From Mycoplasma mycoides subsp. capri (GTDB taxonomy: Bacteria > Bacillota_I > Bacilli_A > Mycoplasmatales > Mycoplasmataceae): a DNA stretch of 32,000 bases. Numbering within the stretch: position 1 is the stretch's first letter; the number at the start of each line of letters is the position of its first letter. The stretch spans positions 900,001 through 932,000 of the forward strand of contig NZ_CP065581.1 of NCBI RefSeq assembly GCF_018389705.1, given 5' to 3'. Shown here piece after piece: positions 1 to 11,091 of this stretch. Position numbers and translations under genes: made by a program. A model generated the notes under the pieces. That model was not told the origin of the DNA. It ran no database searches and worked only from the letters and a program-made list of their open reading frames with translations.

Positions 1-1512
1 TATATTATCTTTTCCAACAATTTCTAATATCTTTTGAGCCATTAGTTCATATTTATTTATATCAGAATCATTTGTTGTTATATTTTCAATTATTTGTTTT
101 TCATTTACTTTTTGAATTGTTTGTTTTTGAATCTCTAATTGGTTTTCTCTACCTGGAGTTAAAATATTTAACTTTTTAATCAAGAAATAAAAAGTTATAA
201 AATATGTAGCAAACATACCTAAGGCATATACTCAAATTCATAATGGATTTGCATATCATCCAATTTTTGCTGAGATTTGTCATGAAGTTCAAAATGAAAC
301 TACATAATCAATAAACCCAGCACTAAATCCAATTCCTAAACTAATTTGAGATCAAGTTACAAACATATAAAAAATACCTGTAAATAAAGCATTTAAAAAA
401 TACAAAATAGGAGAAATAAAAATAAAATTAAAAGTTAAAGGTTCATCAATTCCAGTAATAAAAGCAACAAAAGCAGCTCCCCCATAAAAAGCAGTCATTT
501 GTCTTTTTTTATCTTTATCTGAAACTAAAATTAATGCTAAAGCAACACCTGGTAAACCACCTAAAAATAAAGGGAAAAATCCAGTAGTAAATAATCCAGA
601 TCCAATTAATCCTTTTTGAAATGCAGGAATATCACCATTAATAATTGTTGTTGAATTATCTACTAATAATTTACCTTCTATTGGTAGTTGAAATCATACA
701 AATGTATTTAAAATATGATGTAAACCAAAAGGATAAACTAATCTATTTAAAAATCCATAAGTACCTACTGCAAACCCTTTATAAAAACCATTTGCTTGAG
801 ATAAAGCTGTTCCTATTTTAATTAAACCAAACTGAAGTCATGGTCAAATAATAGCAAAGCTTAACCCTAGTGGAATAATCATTAAAACACCTAATAATGG
901 AATAAATCTTCTTCCACCAAAAAATGAAAGAGCTTGAGGTAAAGTTACTTCTTTATATTTGTTATAAATTAAAGCAACTAAACACCCAACAACAATACCA
1001 CCAACAACTCCAGAATCTAGTTGATATTTCACACTATTTCCTTTTAAAAAATACAATAATTGAGTAGCGCGAACCATCTGACCATTACGTTCAATTAAAA
1101 GCTTGTCTGAAGTTAGTACATTTTTTCAAATAAATGTTGGAAATAAACCTTCTTTTAATAAAGCTGTCATTCCAAATCAAACAATACCACCAACTAATGC
1201 AGCTTCTCCACGATTATCTTTTGCTAAACCAAAACTAATACCAATAGCAAAAATAATTGCTAAATTATCAAAAACAATTTGACCAGGAGTAGCTATAATC
1301 AATCCTATGAATTTTTGAATTTCAGAAATATTTAATCCTCCATTGGCTAATGGATCTTGAATTAAAGCACCAAATCTAGCTAGTAAAGCTGCAATAGGTA
1401 AAACTGCAATTGGAAACATTAAAGTTTTTCCTAAACGCTGTAGTGCATTTAAAAGATTATTATAAAAACTATTTTCTTTGTTTTGTTTATCTTTTGCTTT
1501 TAAAAAATGCAT
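1..1512 (-). CDS. PTS sugar transporter EIICB component (glucose/GlcNAc-type family); 3' end runs off the window
   Basis: ATG at 1512 with an AGGAG-type SD a few nt upstream. Track ORFs 1177-1512 and 844-1077 share one frame and join through TGA. I scanned that frame to nt 1 and saw no TAA/TAG. The body is polytopic and hydrophobic. The last visible residues (nt 1-60) read ...MAQKILEIVGKDNI, which is an EIIB-type motif. Confidence 0.8.
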
Positions 1513-1802
1513 AACTTATCTCCTTTCTAATTTATTTCAATTAAATCTAATAAACTTTTTATTAAACATTTTAATTATTAATTTATAACAACCAACTTTA
1601 TTAAATAGGTATTATAAATTCTTTAAACTTGTTTTGTTAATAAATTTATGCACAACACTTTTATAGATCAACTATTTATTAATTAAAGTTATTTAAAACT
1701 CCTTTCATAAATTTAATACACTAAATATACAATTTTATTTTATCTAATCTAAGGTCTTAATTTTTTTATTATTCTAATCATTATTTATAATTATTAAAAA
1801 AT

Positions 1803-1831
1803 AAAAAAATCACAATTTTAAAAATTGTGAT
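1803..1831 (-). terminator. Rho-independent terminator downstream of the MFS gene
   Basis: Near-perfect palindrome atcacaatttt / aaaattgtgat (1809-1831). An A7 run on the plus side gives a T-run on the minus strand. It lies about 25 nt after the stop at 1856. Confidence 0.6.
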
Positions 1832-1855
1832 TTACATTAATTATTTGTATTTTTT

Positions 1856-3271
1856 TTATTTTATTGATACGTTTTTAGTTGAATCTTTTTTAGTTGGAAA
1901 CATTGGATATTCAGGATGTGGTTCTTTTAACATTAATATACCAATTAATGATATTAATGTAGCAACAATAATAATTACTAGTTGAATTGAACTTACTAAT
2001 ACTTTGTCTAGTCCTTGTAAAAGTGTTACACCAGAAATTATAATTAATACAACAGTAAAGAACATGTATCCAAATCCTCAAATTAAACTAAACATTCAAC
2101 CAATAGTTTTTGGATCTGCTTCTTTGTATTCATGAGGCATGTTTAACATAACTCCTTGAATACCTCAAACACATAATCCAGTTAAAAAACCTAAAATAAT
2201 AAACATTATAGCTGAAAATACAAACATAGAATTATTTTGGCTTTTTCCATATTTAGCAACACCAAATACAAAAGTTAAAGTTGATAATACAAATAAAACT
2301 ATTCCCATTGTAATTGCACAAGCAATAAATCATCTTCTTTTTGCTTGTTTTCTTGATCACAAACCAAGACTAATAGGACCTACAAACACAGCTGCTAAAA
2401 ATGCAATCTGTCAACCTTGAATAAATTTATTAAAAGATCCATTAGCATTACTTAGTCCGTTAAAGATTGGTATTGTTAAACTTGTTAGAAAAACAGCTAT
2501 ACATAATCATCCACCATATAGTAGAACTCATGCATAAGTTTGTTTTTTCTTAATGTATGAACCAAGAATTTTTCAACCATTTACTTTTACTTTTGGTTCA
2601 TCTTTTTTAATGTCAAATTTTGTACCTATAAGAATAAATAATATTAAAGGAATAATATTTAATGCAGCAAGCAAAGTAATTATTAGTTGTCATTGATTTC
2701 TAACTGAATCTGGCATGCTAACTAAAAATGCAGGTAAGATTGAAACAATAGTACCTAATGGATAAAATCAAATACCAAATTGTGAAACAATTGATTTTTG
2801 TTTAGAACCAAAGAAGTTAGCAACAACTGGTTGGGTTAAAATAACTAGTGTTGTTCCTCCAATAGCCATAATTGTTCTTAAAATTAAAAACAATGCATAT
2901 CCAGATCTAGTTGCTGGCATAAATGCAGCTGGAATACCAGCTAATGTCATACCAAGCGCAATAATAGTTGTGTATTTATGAGCAAATTTTGCTAATAATA
3001 ATGCAATAAGCACTGAACCTATAGCACGACCTAATGTAATTGATCAGTTTGAAATTTGGTTTAAAACTTGAAAACTACGGTTGTTTTCAATACCAAAGTA
3101 ACCTAGAAATCCCGAATGAACTGTTCCATTACTTACACCACTACCTGCTAGTGTAACTGAAAAACCTCAGTTAGCGATAAATAGCATATATGCAAATGAA
3201 ATAAATGATCATAAAATAAAGCCGTAAAGTACTTTATTTTTTTGTGATCACTGTTGGATCTTGTTATTCAT
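1856..3271 (-). CDS. MFS-type transporter (471 aa)
   Basis: ATG at 3271 with AAAGGGAA SD. Track ORFs 2768-3013 and 1856-2065 are in frame with it. I scanned the gaps and found only TGA, no TAA/TAG. The protein is a multi-pass hydrophobic protein with MFS-like loops. TAA stop at 1856-1858. Confidence 0.75.
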
Positions 3272-3588
3272 ATTCCCTTTCTACATAATCAGAATTTAAG
3301 ATAATCGCAATTGATAAATTATTTGTTGGTAATATTTAGTTTTTTTAGAAATTTATTTTTTAGGGCGTAATAAACTATTTAAGTTTTTAATTAATGATTT
3401 GGTAGAATGAAAAAATACTGTATCAGTTGCTTTTAAAATGTTTTACTTAATATTTTGTAAAACAAATTTATTAAACTTGTAATCTAATTTTTTAAGTAGT
3501 AGGATGGTTATGTTTAGTTTAAAAAACTACTTGATTTTTAAAAATTAATATTTATTATTAACCTTGTAGTGGAATTATTGGTAAATAA

Positions 3589-4305
3589 TTATTTTTCTTT
3601 TACAGAGAATATAAATTTTATTTCATCAGAAAGTTTTGTAGATTTAACAACTACACCACCAGTTTTATCTTCATAGTACACATCTAAAACTGTTAGTGTA
3701 GATTCATCTACTTTCAATATTTCTGCTATTTTCTTTTTAATTGTTGAATGAAATTTTGAATTATCTAGGATTTGGTCTTTAGTATAAGCACCTAATTCTA
3801 GATTTTCTTTTACTAAAAATGTAACTTTTAAAGTATCAGAGAATTTTGTTGATTTAACAATTGCTTCTCCAGATTGATCATCAAAATAAACGTTTTCAAT
3901 TTTTAATGATTTTTCTTCTATTTTTAGTATTTCAGCAATTTTCTTTTTAATTGATGAATGTAAAGCACTATTATCTAGTACTTGTTTTTTAGAATAAGTC
4001 CCTACTTCAATATTTTGTTTAGGGAATTTTGGTAGATTTTGATTATTGTTTGGTTTTGAAAAATCATGATTTTCTATATCTCAACCAGTTATGCTATCTC
4101 TAAAAGCATCACTTCAGTGACTTTTTGAAATAACTTTTGGTTTTTCTTCACTTTTTTCATTACCATCTTTTTTATCTTTGTCTTTATTTTGATTAGTACT
4201 TGGTGCTTTTGTAGAATCAGTATTATTGCAAGCAACTACTAAACCAACTCCACTTGCACTAATCATTAGAGAACTTAATATTGTTAGTAATGATTTCATA
4301 CTCAT
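3589..4305 (-). CDS. Surface lipoprotein with two tandem ~67-aa domains (238 aa)
   Basis: Signal peptide plus lipobox (...GLVVAC) in track ORF 4114-4305. The frame continues through TGA to TAA at 3589-3591; I checked it and saw no TAA/TAG. The C-terminal two thirds is an internal duplication (..LDNS..HSxIKKKIAEILK..VY..D..G...VKSTK.SD..K..F.VKE). Confidence 0.8.
3601..4012 (-). repeat. Intragenic tandem duplication (two ~200-nt units, about 3601-3803 and 3805-4012)
   Basis: Compare ttcagcaattttctttttaattgatgaatg (3931-3960) with ttctgctattttctttttaattgttgaatg (3721-3750). The flanking similarity is visible by eye at both nt and aa level. Confidence 0.75.
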
Positions 4306-4321
4306 GTCTTTATAAAAAATT

Positions 4322-4366
4322 GATTAACTTTTTGAAGTTAATCGGCTATATACCTAGTGTATATAG
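4322..4366 (-). promoter_or_regulatory. Two adjacent perfect stem-loops in the leader of the lipoprotein gene
   Basis: First hairpin: gattaactt (4322-4330) / aagttaatc (4335-4343). Second hairpin: ctatatac (4346-4353) / gtatatag (4359-4366). On the minus strand the promoter-distal-to-proximal order ends with AATTTTTTAT, 16 nt before the ATG. Confidence 0.45.
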
Positions 4367-4533
4367 TTAATTCCATTATATATATAATGTCAAGTTTATA
4401 ACCAGATAGCAGGCCATCTTCATATCAGTTTTTTTACATTTTAAGTTTTATATTTATCATTTTAAAAAGATAATAGATTTTTAAAATTTAAACTTCATCA
4501 TTTAATATATATGTTTATAAATTTAATAGATAA

Positions 4534-4566
4534 TAAAAAATCAGCACTTAGTTGTGCTGATTTTTG
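4534..4566 (-). terminator. Rho-independent terminator after the hydrolase gene
   Basis: Stem atcagcac (4540-4547) / gtgctgat (4554-4561), loop ttagtt, flanked by an A-run and a T-run. It sits immediately after the stop at 4570-4572. Confidence 0.7.
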
Positions 4567-4569
4567 TTA

Positions 4570-5430
4570 TTATTTTTTAATTTCAATTCAATCATCTAAA
4601 ACTTTATAATGTTCATCTCTTAAATAATCAATTCCCATACAATGACGAATTGGTTTTGAATAAACATGTTTGTTTTTTAGATATTTTAAGTGCTTTTTAA
4701 AATGCTTATAATCAACTAAAGCATCTCCTGTGCTTTGAATATGTAAAACATTATCTAAATTTTTAAAATCTTGTTTTTTAATAAATCTTTTAACTGGATA
4801 ATGAGAAAGTTTAAATAGTATTGGTAAAAATAAATAAGATAAATAAATAAAATATCAAACCTTTTTAAATCCAGATTGAATAGCAATATCTAAAAATGAA
4901 TTATATCCTGCATCAACAATAAACTTATTAGCTATTTTATTATTATATTTACTAATAAAACTATAAACAGTTCCTCCACCCATAGATTCACCATATATAA
5001 CTAGTTTTTTTGGTTTAAGATCTTTTTTAACAAAATCAATAACATCTTTTAATAAATCTGCTTCTTTAATACCTAAAGTACATTTACCAAATTTATCAGA
5101 TTCACCTCAACCAAAGTTATCATAACTAATTAAAGTTATATTTCTTGAAAAACAATAATCTAAAAACTTAATCGCATTTCTATTATTTGATAAAATACCA
5201 TGACAATAAACAATTACAGTATCACCAGTTCCGTGTTTAAAAATTTTTAATTTTCCAAATCTAGTATTAATAGTTTTATATTCTTTATTAAAACCTGATA
5301 AATCTAAATGATCAAAATTATATCCATTTTCATTTGCTATTTGATATTCAAAATCTAAAGATTCTTGATAACTAACTTTTCTTTTTAGTTTTTTTCTAAT
5401 TTGTAATCAAACATATAAAGATAAGATCAT
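4570..5430 (-). CDS. Alpha/beta-fold serine hydrolase (esterase/lipase-like, 286 aa)
   Basis: It is absent from the ORF track because of several TGA codons. My translation from ATG 5430 (SD AGGTGA) stays open to TAA 4570-4572, and I scanned the frame for TAA/TAG. It contains the nucleophile elbow GESMGG. It starts 11 nt downstream of the preceding gene. Confidence 0.7.
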
Positions 5431-5441
5431 AATATCACCTA

Positions 5442-7022
5442 TTATTTTTTAGTTTGTTTTGGTTTGTCTGGGTTATGATGAGATGGTACTAATAAGTGCT
5501 TATTAAATGTTTTATCATCGATTTCTCTTGTAATAAATTCTGGTTCTTTAAAGAAAAATAGTAATAATAAAATTGCAAATAAACAAGAAATTCCACAAAT
5601 TAATCAAACTCAATATCCACCAGTTCCACTAATTCCAAACACGGGAGCTTTTGATAAAAATGTATTAACTCCAACAAATATAATTCCACCAAAACCATAA
5701 GTAATTGAGTTAAAGACAACAAATGTTGCTGGACGAGTATTAATAGTTGTTACTCTTGAAATAAACTCATATCCTAAAGCAACAGCTAATGTTCCAGTAA
5801 TAGCTCCTCCAATTCCCCCAATTAAACTAGTAATAATTGGATCTTTTGGTTTTACTATATAAACTATTGTTCCAATTCCAAATCAACTAATTGTTGCTAA
5901 AACTGCTGATCATAACAAGAAGTTTTTTAATTTAATTTTAGTAATAACTTGTAATATTAAATAAGATAAAAGCAATTGCACTGGTATTGAAAACGCTTTT
6001 TGATATCCAATATGCTGAGGAGAGTTAAATGACTTTGTTGTTGAAGTAAAGTTTTCAACTGTATTTACTCAAATTGAACCAAATGCTTGTACTGTACCAA
6101 TTACTATTAAAAAGAATATCAATCCAATAATAAAGTTTTTATTTAAAATAATTTGTTTTAAAGTTAATTCTTGATTAAGTTTATTAGCTTGCTTAACTTC
6201 TTCATATTTTTTTTGACTAACTCTTTCTTCTTTAACGTGTAGTTTGTCAAAAATATTATCTGGCATAAATAATCATAAAAAGATAGTTAAAATAACATAA
6301 AAAGCACCAACTACATAATATGGAGTAGCATCAGCTCAACTAATTGTTCTTTTATAATAGTTTAAATGTAAAAGTAATTGAGTAAGACCAATTGAACCTA
6401 ATCCTGCTCCAACTTCATAAAACCCACGTACAAATGAAATTTTTACATTAGTTTTACGTGCAACTGAAGTAGCTCAAGAATCTAAAGCAGTTCTATAAGA
6501 ATATAACATTCCAAATAGTGGAGTAAATACAGTAGCTAATAAAAGTACTGATGAAATTACTGGCATTATAAAAAACATCATTATAGATAAAGCTAAAAGT
6601 ATTGGTAAAATAAAAAACTTATAAGTTTTTTTCTTAGTGATTGCATATACTAAAATAGGTCCTGAAATAAATGAAGCTATTAAAGCAGCAGCTGAAAATA
6701 ACAAACCTTCTTTTTTAAATGCACTATTAATATTAATATTGTAGTATTTTGTAATTATATGATTTTCTTGATCTATTACAGCTTCTAATTGAGTGTAAAA
6801 ATCATCTATTGTTTTAATATTATAATCACTAAAAACAATAGATAAATTACTATCAATTTGTGCTTTTCCAACGCTTAGATCAGTTTGTAACCCACCATTA
6901 AAAATAATTACTTTTTGAATAAATCATTCTAAGTTATAAACAAGTGTTGTTGTTATACCTACTAAAATTCAAAAAATAATTAAAGTTATTAACGACTTAT
7001 TTTTTTGTTTTTTTAATTCCAT
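5442..7022 (-). CDS. Polytopic membrane protein, MFS-like transporter with an extra N-terminal extracytoplasmic segment (526 aa)
   Basis: ATG at 7022. Track ORFs 6474-6704 and 6069-6266 are in the same frame. It ends ...DKPKQTKK at TAA 5442-5444. There are many hydrophobic helices; function is not assignable from sequence alone. Confidence 0.6.
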
Positions 7023-7176
7023 AAATAGCCTAGATTGTTAAATAGACAAAACGTCTAAGTTATTAACAACAAAAATTAGACGTTTAATAAAACTTTTGTT
7101 GTTATTTTAATTTTATAATAATTGACTTTTATTTTCTTTAAAGACAATTGTTTTAAATTAGTATACTTTATAAATA

Positions 7177-7216
7177 AAAAAGTATCTTTTTCTAGTATAA
7201 ACTAAAGATACTTTTT
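7177..7216 (-). terminator. Rho-independent terminator after the threonine dehydratase gene
   Basis: aaaaagtatcttt (7177-7189) pairs with aaagatacttttt (7204-7216). A T-run follows on the minus strand. It lies about 20 nt after the stop at 7237. Confidence 0.65.
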
Positions 7217-7236
7217 AGACTATATTATTTTAGAAA

Positions 7237-8463
7237 TTAATCAGTAATACTTGTGATATTGTAATTTGCTTGTGTGATTTTATCAATGATTTGTTGTTGT
7301 TGGTCTGGATTTGATAGATCAATAATAAATGTTGTATGTATTTCATTTAACTCTAAATACATAATATCTCTATTAGTTTTAATTTTAATAATTTTAGCTC
7401 CACAAGAATTAATAATACTAATAATATTCATCAATTCTTTATTATCTGATGGAATATTTACAGATAATACTAATCTTCTATTAGTTTTAATTAAAGCTTT
7501 ATTAATAATATTTCCAACCATTGCAATATCAATATTTCCACCACTAACTAATCCAACTATTGTTTTATTTTGATTTTTAATATTTAATTTATCAAACATT
7601 AAAGCAGCAGCTGTAACTGCTCCTGAACCTTCAGTTACAAACTTACAATTTTCCATTAAAAATAACATTGTTTCAGCAATCTCTTCTTCACTTACAACAA
7701 CTACATCATCAACATATTGATTTAATATTGAAAAAGTTAAATCACTAACTTTTTTAACAGCTATTCCATCTGCTATTGATGGTTTTGAATCGATCATTAC
7801 TGGTTTATTTAAAGCTTTTGCTTGTTGATATGAATTAACATTAGCAGCTTCAACACCAATCATTTTAATATTAGGATTAACTTGTTTTAAATAAGTAGCA
7901 ATACCACTCATTAATCCACCACCACCAATTGGTACTAAACAATAATCAATATTTTTAATTTGTTGATCAATTTCATAAGCAATAGTGGCTTGACCTTTAA
8001 TAATTTCAATATCATCAAAAGCATGAATTAAAGTTAAATTTTCTTTTTCTTTTAATTCAATAGCTTTGGCTAAAGCATCATCAAAATATCTACCAGATAA
8101 AACAACTTTTCCACCATACTTTTCTGTTGCTTGAATTTTTGCCATTGGAGCATTTTCAGGCATAACAATTGTTGATTTTAACCCTAAATTAGTAGCTGCA
8201 TAAGCTACACCTTGTGCATGATTTCCAGCACTAGCTGCAATAATCCCATGTCTTTTTTCTTCATCAGTTAATTTACTAATTTTATTAGTTGCCCCTCTTA
8301 ACTTAAAACTTCCAGTTTTTTGTAGATTTTCTAATTTTAAATAAATATTATTACCAGTTAAAGCAGACAATTTATCTGCATAATGTAAAGGTGTATAATG
8401 AATTATTTTAGAAATTTCTTGATGAATTTGTTTAATTTCATCAACTGTGAATGGGTGTGACAT
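7237..8463 (-). CDS. ilvA: PLP-dependent threonine ammonia-lyase (threonine dehydratase) with a C-terminal regulatory (ACT-like) domain, 408 aa
   Basis: Intact 416-aa track ORF. PLP-lysine motif GSFKLRGA and glycine loop GGGGL are present. I chose the start at MSHPF (ATG 8463) because AGGAGAA sits 5-6 nt upstream. Confidence 0.9.
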   Translation of the reverse strand: MSHPFTVDEIKQIHQEISKIIHYTPLHYADKLSALTGNNIYLKLENLQKTGSFKLRGATNKISKLTDEEKRHGIIAASAGNHAQGVAYAATNLGLKSTIVMPENAPMAKIQATEKYGGKVVLSGRYFDDALAKAIELKEKENLTLIHAFDDIEIIKGQATIAYEIDQQIKNIDYCLVPIGGGGLMSGIATYLKQVNPNIKMIGVEAANVNSYQQAKALNKPVMIDSKPSIADGIAVKKVSDLTFSILNQYVDDVVVVSEEEIAETMLFLMENCKFVTEGSGAVTAAALMFDKLNIKNQNKTIVGLVSGGNIDIAMVGNIINKALIKTNRRLVLSVNIPSDNKELMNIISIINSCGAKIIKIKTNRDIMYLELNEIHTTFIIDLSNPDQQQQIIDKITQANYNITSITD

Positions 8464-8657
8464 ATTTTCTCCTTTTATAAATATCACTTTTCTACTAAAT
8501 CCTTGTACATTAAATATTATATAGTCTAAAAAAATAGTGCTTTTGTTTAATAACTAAATAAAAAATAAATAAAATTAAGTGACTTTAAATGAGTGTTTTA
8601 TATAAAAAAATAATTTGATAAAAATATATAATTTATATTAAGAAAAGAGATGGTTTT

Positions 8658-9455
8658 ATGAATATATCTGGACTATATGATACACATTGTCACTTAAATG
8701 ATAGTAGATTTATGGAAATTGATATGACTTCTAATGAAATAGTAATTGAAGCAAAAAGAAGTGGAGTTAAATATATTAATAATGTTGGATATGATGTTAA
8801 ATCATCAAAAACTGCAGTATTTCAAGCTAATTTAGATCCAAATGTTTTTGCTGTTGTTGGAATTCATCCAAGTCAAATTCATTTATATGCTGATCAAGCT
8901 TTTGAAAGTATTGAAGAATTAGCAAATTCAAATAAGGTTGTCGGAATTGGTGAAGTTGGTTTAGATTTTTTTGAAACTAATAAATATGAAAAACAGCAAA
9001 TTTTAGGTTTTGAAAAACAAATTGATATTGCTAAAAAATTAGATTTGCCTATAGTTGTACATTTAAGAGATGCAGTAAATCATTTTAGAGTATATGAAAT
9101 TGCTTATAAAATATTTAAAGAAAAACGTGTTAAAAAAGCAGTAATTCATGGTTTTCGCGGTCCTTTAGAATGAGCATTGAAATTTATTGACTTAGGATTT
9201 TATATATCATTTGATGCAGCTATTACTCATGATGTTGAACTAGAACAAGTAGTTAAAAATGTTTCTTTAAATAGATTATTAGTTGAAACAAATTCACCAT
9301 TTTTACCACCATCACCATATAAAAAAGGTTTAAGTTATCCAAAATATTTACCACTAATTGTTAAACACATAGCAAAAATTAAAAAAGTTTCAGATAGTAT
9401 AGTTGCTGAAAATACTAAAAACAATGCTGAAAGATTGTTTTTAAGATCATATTAA
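8658..9455 (+). CDS. tatD: TatD-family metal-dependent hydrolase/DNase (265 aa)
   Basis: Track ORFs 8658-9173 and 9177-9455 are one frame joined by TGA at 9171. The N-terminal DTHCHL motif and later GEVGLD and HxR/H motifs are typical of TatD. Confidence 0.9.
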
Positions 9456-9486
9456 AAAAACGAGAATCTAAATTCTCGTTTTTTTA
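9456..9486. terminator. Bidirectional terminator shared by convergent tatD and the ABC-F gene
   Basis: aacgagaat (9459-9467) / attctcgtt (9472-9480), loop ctaa, with A6 on one side and T6 on the other. The tatD stop is at 9453-9455 and the ABC-F stop at 9484-9486. Confidence 0.75.
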
Positions 9487-11022
9487 TTCTACTAGATCTT
9501 CAAAATTTAATACTTTATCAGCTCAATTAGTTTCGAAATTAATATCGTGAGTTGTAATTAAAACAGTGCCTTGAAATTCTTTAATTGCTTCTAGTAAAGA
9601 TTCTTTTGCTAAAACATCAATATGATTAGTTGGCTCATCTAAAATCAACAAGCTAGCTGGTTCTAAACTAAGTGAAGCTAATCTAACTTTAGTTTGCTCT
9701 CCTCCAGATAAATCACTCATAGGATTTAACATAAGCTCTGATTTTATTCCAAATCTTGAAAGTGTTGCTCTGATTTCAGGATCTAAAACTTCTTTATGTC
9801 TACTTGATAGATATGAAATTGGTGTTTCATATTCATGAAATTTTTCAACTTGTTCAAAATATCTAACTTCAACACCATCACCAAGTTTACACCAACCACT
9901 AATTGGTTTTAATTGATTTGAAATAGTTTTTAAAAAAGTGGTTTTTCCAATTCCATTATATCCTTTAACAATACATTTTTGACCTTCTCTTAATTCAAAA
10001 GTTAAAGGAGCAGTTAAACTAAAATTATAACCAATTTCTAAATTTTGAGACTTAATAACAACTGCTGAATTAGGACGCTTATATTTAAAACTCATTTTAG
10101 GTTTAACTAGTTTTTTTCTTTCATCTAAAACATCCATTTTATCTAATTGCTTTTGACGAGATTGTGCACTTTTAGCTGTTGAAAATCTTGCGGCATTTCT
10201 TGCAATATAATCTTTTAGTTTTGCTATTTGTTGTTGTTGAGATTCTCTTGCTTTATCATATTGATCAGCTTTTAAAGCAGATAGTTCTAAATATTTATTG
10301 TAATCTCCAACATATCGATTTATTTTTTGATTTTCTATAGCATAAATTATTTTTGCTACTCTATTAATAAATTCAACATCATGACTTATCATTAAAAAAG
10401 CGTTCTCATAATTATTTAAAAAATTAATTAATCATTCAACTTGTTCAATATCTAAAAAGTTAGTAGGTTCATCTAATAAAATAAAATCATCATTTTTTAA
10501 TAATAATTTAGCTAATAAAATTTTTCCACGTTGACCACCAGATAATTCTGATAGTTTCTTTTTCATATTATTTGGATTAATTCCTAATCCTGAAACTAAA
10601 TTACCAATAGTTTTATCAATAGTATCAAAATTATGACTAGTTAAATAATCTTGTAATTCTAAAGCTTTTATTAAATCTGATTCTTTATATTCAATTGCCA
10701 TATCTTCATAAATTTTATGAATTTTAGCTTCAATTTCAAAAAGATTTTTAAAAGCATCTTTTAAATACTCTTCACTAGTTATATTTGGATCTACTTCTTG
10801 GTGTTGATCTAAATATCCAATCTTTGCTTTAGGATGTCATTCTATTGTTCCATGATCTGGAGTAATTTTTTGAGCAATAATATTTAATAAAGTAGATTTT
10901 CCAGCTCCATTAGGACCAATTAAAGCAACATGTTCACCTTTATTAATTCTCATTTCAGAATTTTTATATAAAATTTTTTCTCCGTTTTGATGTGTAATAT
11001 TTTCTAATACTATTAAACTCAT
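9484..11022 (-). CDS. ABC-F family ATPase (two tandem ABC domains, no membrane domain; 512 aa)
   Basis: Three track ORFs (10837-11022, 10432-10701, 9523-10392) are in one frame. I translated the gaps and found only TGA. There are two Walker A motifs (GPNGAGKST, GYNGIGKTT), two LSGG signatures and a charged linker between the domains. The frame extends past TGA 9523 to TAA 9484. Confidence 0.9.
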
Positions 11023-11054
11023 ATCTTCTCCTTAAACATACTAAAAATTAAGAA

Positions 11055-11091
11055 AGATAAAAGAAATAACTTGTTGTTAATTCTTTTATCT
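11055..11091 (-). terminator. Possible AT-rich stem-loop at the end of plsY
   Basis: agataaaagaa (11055-11065) is the reverse complement of ttcttttatct (11081-11091), with a 15-nt loop. It overlaps the plsY stop. The stem is weak because it is entirely A/T-rich. Confidence 0.3.

Noticed and set aside
3494-3532. Possible terminator hairpin (aagtagt / actactt) after the lipoprotein gene
   Set aside because: The stem is only 7 bp with a 25-nt loop in AT-rich sequence. That is not distinguishable from chance.
7274-7573. 99-aa plus-strand ORF in the supplied track
   Set aside because: It lies entirely antisense within the well-supported threonine dehydratase gene. It has a low-complexity Ile/Leu-rich translation typical of reading an AT-rich gene backwards, and there is no SD.
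8464-8487. Longer N-termini given by the track: ilvA MIFIKGEN..., coaE MVYK... at 23889, small ORF MLFYIDSGVV... at 24184, ATPase GTG at 24412
   Set aside because: For ilvA, the small ORF and the ATPase, an internal ATG is preceded by a well-spaced GGAG/AGGAG SD. For coaE the downstream ATG gives the usual P-loop-at-N-terminus layout. The upstream starts lack these features, although they cannot be strictly excluded.
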